From: a bacterium
GTDB lineage: Bacteria; Elusimicrobiota; Elusimicrobia; Elusimicrobiales; UBA9959
Length of the DNA stretch: 64,000 bases
Direction of reading: 5' to 3'
Assembly: GCA_021811315.1 (NCBI GenBank)
Contig: JAJZPF010000005.1
Coordinates: forward strand, 5,543-69,542
This document shows positions 49,637-57,613 of the stretch, in pieces. The notes under the pieces were generated by a model that ran no database searches, was not told the origin of the DNA, and saw only the letters and a program-made list of their open reading frames with translations. The translations under genes were made by a program, and so were the position numbers. Within the stretch, counting starts at the first letter, position 1, and each line of letters opens with the position of its first letter.

Positions 49637-50781
49637 AGGCCGCATATGATCCGCGCCGACTTTTGCGCGCCGCGGAACCAGGAGGGTTTTACGCGTTTCG
49701 AGATCCTGACCGGCTTCCCCAGCCGAACCCTTACCGCGGCAGCGATCTTCTCCGGGGTAAGGTCCGCCGGCAGGAGCAGAGCCGCGCCGGCCAGGTCCCT
49801 CATCAGCCAGGCGCGGGCCAGCTGGTCGGAATGCTCGCGCATTTTTGAGCCGCAGTAGGGGGCCAGCACCATTTTTTTCCGCAAAGCCAGCATTTCGTAA
49901 ACGGAGCCGCCCGCCGTAGAAAGGCAAACGGCGGCCCCGGACATGAGGTCCTGCAGGCCGGCCGAGCTCCCTATTACCTCGGCCTTTCCTCCGCCGGAAG
50001 CCGCCAGCCGCCGAAAATAGGCCAGCCGCCGGGGCGGCGTGGCCGGCCCCGCGACAAGCCTGAAAGGGACGTCGGAAATGGAAGCCGCCCCGATAGCGGC
50101 CTCAAAAAAAAGGTCGGAAGTGGAACCGCCGCCGCGCGTGACCAGCACGAAATCGTTTGTTTTAACCCGCTTAACTACGGGCTTGCCGGGGTAAAGGTAG
50201 CCGGTAAAGACGATCTTGCGGCGCAGTTCCCGGAACACTGAAAGAAAGGCGGGCGCGGTTATGCGCCTCTCCAGGCTTACGGCTTTTGCCATGTATGCGA
50301 GGTCCGCGCCTTCAGGGCTGTGGACCAGGAGCTTATCGTAGCGGGCGCAGACCCCGAGCAGCTCTTCAAGGCCGCGCTCCGGGGCCGTAAAATAGGGCAT
50401 AGGGACGCTTGAAATCTTCTTCGCGCCGCAGGCCGAAGCCGCCTCGAGGAGAGGGAGCGCTTCCGGAAGGCACTCGGCCCTGCCGAAAGGAAAGAACTCG
50501 GTCACCAGCGCCGAAGGCCGGAACCGCCGCAGCGTAAGGGCGAGGCGGCGGCCCGAAGCCGCGGAGGGCGCCGCCGGGAGCCGCACTACCCGCCCGTATT
50601 TGCTGAAAAGGTTATACGGATAAATATACGGGCCCCGCAGAAAGATCAAACTGCGGCTGCCGCGGGATCCTTTGATCTCCGCCAGCAGCCGCAGCAAGTG
50701 TACCGCGTGACCGATATCCCCGGAGGGACTATGGAGGTAAAAAACAAGTCTTTCCCGCGCCGCTGATTCAATAGGAACCAT
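49633..50781 (-). CDS. GT-B fold glycosyltransferase (GT28/MurG C-terminal-like)
   Basis: GDIGH, EFFPFGR, FTGY, VTRGGG, STAGG..YE, DQ..RA. Confidence 0.75.
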   Translation of the reverse strand: MVPIESAARERLVFYLHSPSGDIGHAVHLLRLLAEIKGSRGSRSLIFLRGPYIYPYNLFSKYGRVVRLPAAPSAASGRRLALTLRRFRPSALVTEFFPFGRAECLPEALPLLEAASACGAKKISSVPMPYFTAPERGLEELLGVCARYDKLLVHSPEGADLAYMAKAVSLERRITAPAFLSVFRELRRKIVFTGYLYPGKPVVKRVKTNDFVLVTRGGGSTSDLFFEAAIGAASISDVPFRLVAGPATPPRRLAYFRRLAASGGGKAEVIGSSAGLQDLMSGAAVCLSTAGGSVYEMLALRKKMVLAPYCGSKMREHSDQLARAWLMRDLAGAALLLPADLTPEKIAAAVRVRLGKPVRISKRVKPSWFRGAQKSARIICGL

Positions 50782-51094
50782 GGCTGCCGTGGCTGCCGTG
50801 GGAACCGTGGCTGCCGTGGGAACCGTGGCTGCCGTGAGAACCGTGGCTGCCGTGGGAGGCGTGCGAACCGTGGCTGCCGTGCGAACCGTGGCTGCCGTGG
50901 CTCTGGTGGCTTACGTGGGAGCTGCTGGTGAAGTAATTAGAGTGAACCTGCGCCGCGGCCTGCTCGACCATTACCGTACCGAGTATGCCGAGGGCCAGGC
51001 CGGTCTTCACGATATCCGAGTCCAGCATCTTGCCTTCCTCGCTGCTGAGGAACATGCGGATGTTCTTTTTAAGTTTCGAGGTTTTCTTTTTCAT
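50768..51094 (-). CDS. hxsA: His-Xaa-Ser repeat precursor peptide (HxsA-like), 108 aa
   Basis: Basic leader, FLSSEEG, hydrophobic segment, then 16 tandem HxS (HVS, HQS, 4xHGS, HAS, 9xHGS) and terminal Tyr; two genes downstream of hxsB. Confidence 0.88.
   Translation of the reverse strand: MKKKTSKLKKNIRMFLSSEEGKMLDSDIVKTGLALGILGTVMVEQAAAQVHSNYFTSSSHVSHQSHGSHGSHGSHGSHASHGSHGSHGSHGSHGSHGSHGSHGSHGSY
50774..50917 (-). repeat. Coding 9-bp tandem repeat (partial 18-bp higher order) encoding HxS units
   Basis: Plus strand alternates gctgccgtg and (g/c/a)gaaccgtg units. Confidence 0.95.
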
Positions 51095-51172
51095 AAGTTT
51101 ACCGTCCCGCTTTCCCGATAACAGCGCCAAGGAAGAACCGGATCGTTCCGTTCGACACGGAACGGAACCTGC

Positions 51173-52306
51173 CTATTCGCCCTTCTTGCCCATCAGCTTC
51201 CGCACCTTTTCATTGACCTGCTTGGTGGTGGTTTCTTCCTGCTTGCGGAGCCGCTCCTCCTCCGCTTTCTTCCTCGCCGCCTCCGCCAGTGATTCCTTCA
51301 CTTCTTCAGGCGTGACCCCGAAAAAACCGCCGCTTTTTTTCATTTGCTCTTTGCGGTAGGCGCAATATTTCTGGGACATGTCGGCAAGGATGGGCGCGCA
51401 GGGCCCGGGGCTGTTCTGCAGCAGCGCGGCGCAGTTCGGCTTGTAAGCGTCCGGGCACTTGGCCGGGTTGCCCGTGAACAAGCCTGTCCACAGGTCATGG
51501 TCGGCCAGGCAGGCGGCGTCGGAGCCGCAGACGTCCGCGGTGATAGCCATCAGCCTTTCAGCCGGAGGATAAGCCTGCGGCATTTTTTTCTTGATATAGG
51601 AGAAAGCGCTGTCAAAGCCCTTGGAGACCGCCGTGCAGAATTCAGCGGGGTTGGCGAACAGGGGGGGCTGGCCCTCGCTGGGCTGCTCGCTGACAAAGTC
51701 AAGGCAGTTCCGCTGGTCTTTGGCTTTGCCGGCGGCATAGGCCTTGAAGAGGAAAAGCACGGTCTTCTTCCTGCATAGGTCCATCGGGGTCATAAAGGCG
51801 CCGATCTTGGAATCTACTTTCGGATTTTCGAACGAGGGGACGCCGAACTTGGCCACGTCCTTTACATTTTCCCCGGGAAGCTCGCTGCAGATCGAAGAGT
51901 CCTGGCGCGAAGCGGCCGTGCAGGCGTAATAATCCCAGATATGGTTATAGATATCCTGGGTCTTGATCGGCTCGATGGCCAGGTTGCGGCCGGTGAAGTA
52001 GCCCCAGGTCTTGCCGTGGTTCTCCATTATCTCCTTGGGGGACCCGCCCTCGCAGGCGCCCTTGAGGTCCAGCGCCGCCGCGGGCAGCGCCAGTTGCTCA
52101 AAGCTGCCGGTAGCCTGCGCCGAGGTAGGCATGGGGCTGGGAGGTATATAATCGGTAGAGCCGGGAGGCAGCGCCACTCCCTGCTGCTCGGCCTGGGGCT
52201 GCGTGGCCGGCTGGGGCATACCGACCTGGTTTTTAGCCGCAAAATATTTCAGCCCCACCAAGGCCGCCGCCAAGATGACAACAACGCCTATGATTATTTT
52301 TTTCAT
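51173..52306 (-). CDS. Membrane-anchored/exported Cys-rich hypothetical protein
   Basis: N-terminal TM, Pro/Gln linker, 12 Cys, charged helical C-terminus; lies between hxsB and hxsA. Confidence 0.75.
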   Translation of the reverse strand: MKKIIIGVVVILAAALVGLKYFAAKNQVGMPQPATQPQAEQQGVALPPGSTDYIPPSPMPTSAQATGSFEQLALPAAALDLKGACEGGSPKEIMENHGKTWGYFTGRNLAIEPIKTQDIYNHIWDYYACTAASRQDSSICSELPGENVKDVAKFGVPSFENPKVDSKIGAFMTPMDLCRKKTVLFLFKAYAAGKAKDQRNCLDFVSEQPSEGQPPLFANPAEFCTAVSKGFDSAFSYIKKKMPQAYPPAERLMAITADVCGSDAACLADHDLWTGLFTGNPAKCPDAYKPNCAALLQNSPGPCAPILADMSQKYCAYRKEQMKKSGGFFGVTPEEVKESLAEAARKKAEEERLRKQEETTTKQVNEKVRKLMGKKGE

Positions 52307-52446
52307 AAATTTAAACGCTACCCCGGACCCTCCCTTGAACAGCCGGACACCCTAACATATGTTTTACCACAAAAAACGACAATTTTCAAGCCCAAAAGAT
52401 ATTAAGGCCTGACGGGAAACACCGGGGAAACTATTGCCGACACGCT

Positions 52447-53853
52447 TTAACTGCGGGCTATCCACTTCTCGAATATATCGAAGACGGGTTTCTCCGACAA
52501 CTTCTCAAAGATATAGTCAAAAACACCGATGAGCGTCCGGCAGCGCCCGTTCGAAGGCATGGAACCCCAGAAGCCGCCCTGAGCCGCCTGGTTATAGGCC
52601 GGGCAGGCGCCGCAGAACGGCTTGTAGGCGCAGCGCGCGCACACGGGCTGCAGGTCAAGGCTTGAGGAGATGGCGCAGGCCTTGACCGGCTCGGAGCTTA
52701 TAACCCCGGCATAGGCGTCCTTCAAAACGCTTCCAAGGCGGAAGGAGCGGTCCCCGCCGCGGGCGAGCATGCGGCCTTCGTCACAGGTATATACCCCCCC
52801 GTCGCAGTCGTAGGCCAGCTGGCCCAGGCCGGCCCCGCAGGGGCAGCGCAGGTCGACATACCTGTTATCCTGGGTGCCGATGATCTTTTTTACGGCCAGG
52901 AAAGCGGTTTTTTCTTTTATGGGCACGCCGCGCCGGTTAAGCTCCAGCACGCGGTCCAGCCCCTCCCGGTAAAATCCCAGGAATTCTTCCGGGGTATAGC
53001 CTATCTCGTCCCAGCGCTTCAGCGCGTCGCCGATGGGAGAAAGCGGCTTGAGGAAAACGTAGGGCAGCTTAAGGCGGGCGTACTCGTCAACTATTTCCCG
53101 GGCCCGCCCGAGCGAGGCCCTCGTAACCGTCAGCAGCGCGCTGGGCCCGCCGGGGGGCTCGGCCCCGCGGCGCTCCTGGAAATATTTTATCCACTTCGCC
53201 GCGACGGCGTGGGAATCGCCGCCGGAGAATTTACGGTTCGCGTTGTGCAGGTCCGCGGGCCCGTCCAGGGAGGTGCAGAGCGAGATATCGTTCGCGACTA
53301 TGAAATCGGCCTTCTTTTCATCCATCAGGCTGAAATTGGAAACCAGCGCCAGGGCCAGCCCCTTGCCGGTCTTTTCCGCTTTTTTGCGCGCGTAAATAGA
53401 GGCTTCCTTCAGCGCGGCCCAGTTCACCAGCGGCTCGCCGCCCTGGAACTCCAGAGTGAGCCCGCTCACGGGCGCGCTGAAAGCGAAATCCACGGCGCGG
53501 CGGGCCGTGGCCGGGCTCATGTTCCTACCGGCGCCGGAGCCGGCCTGGCAATAGACGCAGCTATGATTGCATTTCTCGGTCAGCACCATTATATGCAGGC
53601 CCGGGCCAAGGCGCAGATATTCGTTGGAATCCCTCCAGTCGGTAAAAATAGAGTCGAAATCAAGGCGCGAGCGCAGAAGCCCTGCCCTCCGCAGCGCTTC
53701 AAAAGCCGGCCCGCTCTTCAGTTTGCCCGCGGCGAAGAGCTTGAACTCGGCGGGCTTAAGCAAAGCCCAGCCGCCCAAATCGCCGGTAACCAGCACCCCC
53801 GCCTTAAGGCGGCGCCAGTTAAAATAAGCGGGCAGGTCCAGCTGTTTTTTCAT
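52447..53853 (-). CDS. hxsB: His-Xaa-Ser system radical SAM/SPASM maturase HxsB (start reassigned to MKKQLD)
   Basis: LHIMVLTEKCNHSCVYCQA, EFQGGEPL, TSLDGP..LHN.NR, VDLRCPCGAG.GQLAY..DG.VYTCDEGRM, C..C.YKPFCG.CP. Confidence 0.88.
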   Translation of the reverse strand: MKKQLDLPAYFNWRRLKAGVLVTGDLGGWALLKPAEFKLFAAGKLKSGPAFEALRRAGLLRSRLDFDSIFTDWRDSNEYLRLGPGLHIMVLTEKCNHSCVYCQAGSGAGRNMSPATARRAVDFAFSAPVSGLTLEFQGGEPLVNWAALKEASIYARKKAEKTGKGLALALVSNFSLMDEKKADFIVANDISLCTSLDGPADLHNANRKFSGGDSHAVAAKWIKYFQERRGAEPPGGPSALLTVTRASLGRAREIVDEYARLKLPYVFLKPLSPIGDALKRWDEIGYTPEEFLGFYREGLDRVLELNRRGVPIKEKTAFLAVKKIIGTQDNRYVDLRCPCGAGLGQLAYDCDGGVYTCDEGRMLARGGDRSFRLGSVLKDAYAGVISSEPVKACAISSSLDLQPVCARCAYKPFCGACPAYNQAAQGGFWGSMPSNGRCRTLIGVFDYIFEKLSEKPVFDIFEKWIARS

Positions 53854-53905
53854 TGCGCTCCTGATATCATATAAAAATAGCGCCATACGGATAAACGTGA
53901 AACCT

Positions 53906-54040
53906 TGGAGGTTGCCTGGCTGACCGGGTAAGCAAAAGCCCCTCGGAGGCCGAGGCTTGCGTAAGCGCCGAGGCCGAGAGCGGCAGGCGCGAGCACGGTG
54001 TGCGAGACGCCGATTTTGCGTCCCGGCCAGCCAGGCAACC
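53906..54040 (-). repeat. Structured ~135-nt element, copy 1 (REP/MITE-like or ncRNA)
   Basis: 19-bp terminal inverted repeat 53910-53928/54022-54040 (one G-T pair on the minus strand), core shared with 63868-63932, followed by TCCA on the minus strand. Confidence 0.8.
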
Positions 54041-54057
54041 GAACCCATCACTTCTTC

Positions 54058-54087
54058 TTGACAATACCGAGGCGAAAGACATTTAAT
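54058..54087 (+). promoter_or_regulatory. Putative sigma70 promoter of ygeW
   Basis: TTGACA-N18-TTTAAT, then GGAG RBS before ATG 54125. Confidence 0.5.
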
Positions 54088-54124
54088 TGTTGTAGCAACG
54101 ATAGCAAACACCTGGAGATAAAAA

Positions 54125-55315
54125 ATGCCCATCAATATCGAAAGATCTTTAGCTGAACTGGAAAAGCTCGGCGCCGGCATGCGCGGCAAGGATTTCCTGC
54201 TCACCTGGGAAAAATCCGACAAAGAACTCAAATCCGTTTTCATCATCGCCGAGCTCCTCAAAGAGCTCCACGCCAAGAACGTCCCCCTCGACATGTTCAA
54301 GACCGGCCTCGCCGTCTCCAACTTCCGCGACAACTCCACCCGCACCCGCTTCTCCTTCGCCTCCGCCTGCAACCTGCTCGGCCTCGCCGTCCAGGACCTC
54401 GACGAGGGCAAAAGCCAGATAGCCCACGGCGAGACCGTGCGCGAAACCGCCAACATGATCTCCTTTTTGACCGAGGCCGTCGGCATCCGCGACGACATGT
54501 TCATCGGCAAAGGCCACACCTATATGCAGGAAGTCGCCGAGGCCCTCGACGACGGTTTCAGGAACGGCGTGCTGAACCAGCGCCCCGCCGTGGTCAACCT
54601 CCAGTGCGACCTCGACCACCCCACCCAATCCATGTCCGACATGCTCTTCATAAAGAACCATTTCGGCGGCTTCGAAAAACTCAAGGGCAAGAAAATAGCC
54701 ATGACCTGGGCCTACTCCCCCAGCTACGGCAAACCCCTCTCCGTGCCGCAGGGCGTCATCTGCCTGATGACCCGCTACGGCATGAACGTCGAGCTCGCCC
54801 ACCCCGAGGGCTACGACCTGCTCCCCGAGACCATCAAGGTCGCCGGCGACAACGCCAAAAAGTCCGGCGGCTCCTTCAAAGTCTCGAACAGCATGGAGAG
54901 CGCTTTCAAGGACGCCGACATCGTCTACCCGAAGAGCTGGGCTCCCTACAAAGTGATGGAGCGCCGCACGCAGCTCCTCGAGAAGAACGACCACCCCGGC
55001 CTCAATGACCTCGAGAAAGAATGCCTGGCGCAGAACGCTAAACACACGGATTGGGAATGCGACGAGAAGAAGATGAAGCTCACCAAGGGCGGCGAAGGCC
55101 TCTACCTGCACTGCCTGCCCGCCGACATCACGGACGTGTCCTGCAAACAGGGCGAGGTAAGCGCCAAGGTCTTCGAGAAATACCGCATCGGGACCTACAA
55201 AGAAGCCGGCTACAAGCCCTTCATCATCGCGGCCATGATAGCCGCCTGCACAAAAAAGAACCCCGCGAAAGTAATACAGGCGCTTTACAAGTCCGGGCAG
55301 AAACGCGTCCTGTAG
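54125..55315 (+). CDS. ygeW: Knotted carbamoyltransferase YgeW
   Basis: DFLLTW, FRDNSTRTR, HGETVRET, NLQCDLDHPTQ, WAYSPSYGKPLSVPQG, YLHCLPAD. Confidence 0.93.
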   Translation: MPINIERSLAELEKLGAGMRGKDFLLTWEKSDKELKSVFIIAELLKELHAKNVPLDMFKTGLAVSNFRDNSTRTRFSFASACNLLGLAVQDLDEGKSQIAHGETVRETANMISFLTEAVGIRDDMFIGKGHTYMQEVAEALDDGFRNGVLNQRPAVVNLQCDLDHPTQSMSDMLFIKNHFGGFEKLKGKKIAMTWAYSPSYGKPLSVPQGVICLMTRYGMNVELAHPEGYDLLPETIKVAGDNAKKSGGSFKVSNSMESAFKDADIVYPKSWAPYKVMERRTQLLEKNDHPGLNDLEKECLAQNAKHTDWECDEKKMKLTKGGEGLYLHCLPADITDVSCKQGEVSAKVFEKYRIGTYKEAGYKPFIIAAMIAACTKKNPAKVIQALYKSGQKRVL

Positions 55316-55483
55316 ACCAGGCAGAAAGCCGCCGGGGCGGACACCGCTATCATAGGCGGGCTATTGAGCGCCGCGTCCTCGCCGCCGCATATTTTTTAAC
55401 GGGCGGGCAGCCGCCCCCCCCGGCGGCATCACATCCATTATCGTCAGGCCCGCCTGTTCCGCGCGAGTGGAGTCAACGCTGAC

Positions 55484-57574
55484 ATGAGACATTTTCTTCT
55501 GATGATCCCGGCGCTTTTTTCAGCGCTCCTTTGCCCGCCCCGCGCCCTTGCGGCCGGGCCGGACGCCGGGATGCGGGATTATTACTGCGACGACGTGAAA
55601 AAGCCTTTCTTCGCCGAGGCTCCGGGAGAAAAAGGCGGGTTCGTGCTCCGGAGGACGGGCGCCCTGCCCGACGCTTTCATGATGCCCAAGCCGGCTGGAA
55701 CGAAGCGCGTGTTCGTAGTAGGAGAATCGGTAGCCGCGCTGCTCGGGCCGGGTACGGCGTTGTCCTCCGGGAGGATAAAAAAAGAGGGCTTGCTCAGGAA
55801 CATGCTCGGGAAAAGCGCCGCCGGAGACAACTCCGGGATAGAAATAATCAACTGCGGCATGGGCGGCTATGAAAGCTACAGGATCTACGGCGTGCTGGAA
55901 GAGGCGCTTAAATACAGCCCTGACCTGGTGGTGGTGCTCAGCGGCAACAACGACACGCAGGAAGAGTCCTGCCCCGGGCTCGAGTGCGAGCTGCGCCGGC
56001 GCAAGTTCCGCCTCTTCGAAAAATATTTCTCCCTAAGCGGCGCTCCCCGGGAGGCCGTTAAGAAAGCGTCGCTGAAAATGCATGAGGCCATGCTGCTGAA
56101 AATGGGCGCGGCCGCGAAGAAAGCCGCCGTCCCCATAGTGTTCTGCACCCTGCCCGCGGCCGTCAGGGATATGCCGCCGCGCCAGCCCGCGCCCCTCGAG
56201 AACAAGTTTTTCGCGGCCGGCTACAGGCTTTTTTACGCGAAAAAGACCGCCGGGGCGCTTGAGAAATTCAAGCTCGCGCTCGCCGCCGGCCCGCGGGAGC
56301 CTTTTTCCAGCTTTTACGCGGCCAAAGCCCTGGAGCAGCTGGGCCGTGAAAAAGAGGCCGCCGCCTATTACGCCAACGCGCTTAATTTCGACCCGGCAAT
56401 GTCGCGGGCCGGCCGGGAGCGCAACGACCTGATACGCCGCGCGGCCTCCGTGAAAGGCGCCTGCGTGGCCGACCTGGAAAAGCTTTTCCAGGGGATTTCC
56501 CCGGGCGGGCTTCCCGGGTTCGAGGACTTTACCGACGGGATGCACTGGAACTTCCCCCACGACAAGGAAGTCTGGGAGGAGATCTTCCGCTCCGCCGGCC
56601 GCTGCGGGATAAAGGGCTTTGAAAAATTCACCGCCGGGCCCCCCTCCCAATGGGCAGAAACCTCCAGCGGGACCGCCCTTAAACGGCTCGGCTACGCCTT
56701 CTCCTGGCTGGACGAAAGGGACTTCAACGAAGCGAGCCTGGCGGAACTGGCGCGCATTAAAAAGGAGCAGCCGGAACTGCTGGAAAAGGCGGGCTCAGCC
56801 CCGGCGCAGCTTGAAAAGCTGCTCATCAACAACCTTTGGTCCGCCGACAGGATCAAGCGTTTAAAGGATATCTACCCCTTCTTCCTGGCGCACCTGGCCG
56901 AAACGGAAAGGCGCGCTGGCAATTACGCCAAGGCGCTTTCACTGAGCGATAAAGCCCTGGCGCTGAAGCCGGGACACCCGCTGCTGAGGCTGGGCAGGGT
57001 CCAGGTCGTAGCCGATATGGGCGGCAAAGCGGAGGACGAATTTATGGCCCTTTCCCGGGAGCGCTCGCTCAACGGCAAGGCCGCGGCGCTCGCGGCCGCC
57101 TACGGCTTCACGAACGCCGCGGCCCCGGCGCCCGGCCGCGGGGCTTCTTCCGGCCCGGAGCCGGCCTCCAAGGAGAACGTCGAGTTATCCAAAAGATTAT
57201 CCGATCAGGCGGTCGACAAGATCTTCGCCAAGGACTTCAAGGCCGCCGAAGAACTTTCCGGCAAGGCCGTGGAGAAGAACCCTTTCAACTCCGAGGCCCT
57301 GATGAGCCTGTGTTATCTGCGCCGGAAGGACGGGCGTACGCTGCTGGCGCTCGAGGCCTGCAAAAGAGCCTCCGCCTCCGTTTATCAGGACCCGGCCAAC
57401 CAGATCCCTTCGCTGGAAATCCTGTCCTGCGACGCCGCTTTCGAAAGCTACAAGATGCTCAATGAGCTCGGCCGCGGACCCGAGGCGGCCGCCGTGCTCG
57501 AGCAATGCGTAAAAAGGGCCCCCGCCTCCTGGCCGGGACTGGACGCGGCCAAAGCCGCTTTAAAAGCGCGCTGA
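55484..57574 (+). CDS. Exported SGNH/GDSL-like hydrolase with TPR repeats
   Basis: Signal peptide; VVGES, NCGMGGY, SGNND, DGMH blocks; TPR-like helices. Confidence 0.72.
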   Translation: MRHFLLMIPALFSALLCPPRALAAGPDAGMRDYYCDDVKKPFFAEAPGEKGGFVLRRTGALPDAFMMPKPAGTKRVFVVGESVAALLGPGTALSSGRIKKEGLLRNMLGKSAAGDNSGIEIINCGMGGYESYRIYGVLEEALKYSPDLVVVLSGNNDTQEESCPGLECELRRRKFRLFEKYFSLSGAPREAVKKASLKMHEAMLLKMGAAAKKAAVPIVFCTLPAAVRDMPPRQPAPLENKFFAAGYRLFYAKKTAGALEKFKLALAAGPREPFSSFYAAKALEQLGREKEAAAYYANALNFDPAMSRAGRERNDLIRRAASVKGACVADLEKLFQGISPGGLPGFEDFTDGMHWNFPHDKEVWEEIFRSAGRCGIKGFEKFTAGPPSQWAETSSGTALKRLGYAFSWLDERDFNEASLAELARIKKEQPELLEKAGSAPAQLEKLLINNLWSADRIKRLKDIYPFFLAHLAETERRAGNYAKALSLSDKALALKPGHPLLRLGRVQVVADMGGKAEDEFMALSRERSLNGKAAALAAAYGFTNAAAPAPGRGASSGPEPASKENVELSKRLSDQAVDKIFAKDFKAAEELSGKAVEKNPFNSEALMSLCYLRRKDGRTLLALEACKRASASVYQDPANQIPSLEILSCDAAFESYKMLNELGRGPEAAAVLEQCVKRAPASWPGLDAAKAALKAR

Positions 57575-57613
57575 AGCCCGGCCCCCGCGGTTCAATTGTT
57601 ATATAATTACCCA

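Noticed and set aside
50768-50770. Selenocysteine readthrough of the precursor TGA, given selenium-linked YgeY nearby
   Set aside because: The downstream frame shows no meaningful continuation or recognisable SECIS, and it overlaps the GT coding sequence
50774-50917. CRISPR array
   Set aside because: 9-bp coding tandem units with no spacers and no cas genes
53854-54519. N-terminal extension making HxsB 690 aa (likewise extensions of ORFs ending at 10562, 30767, 48671, 42729, 48693)
   Set aside because: Extensions overlap other genes or non-coding repeats; internal ATGs match family or paralog N-termini
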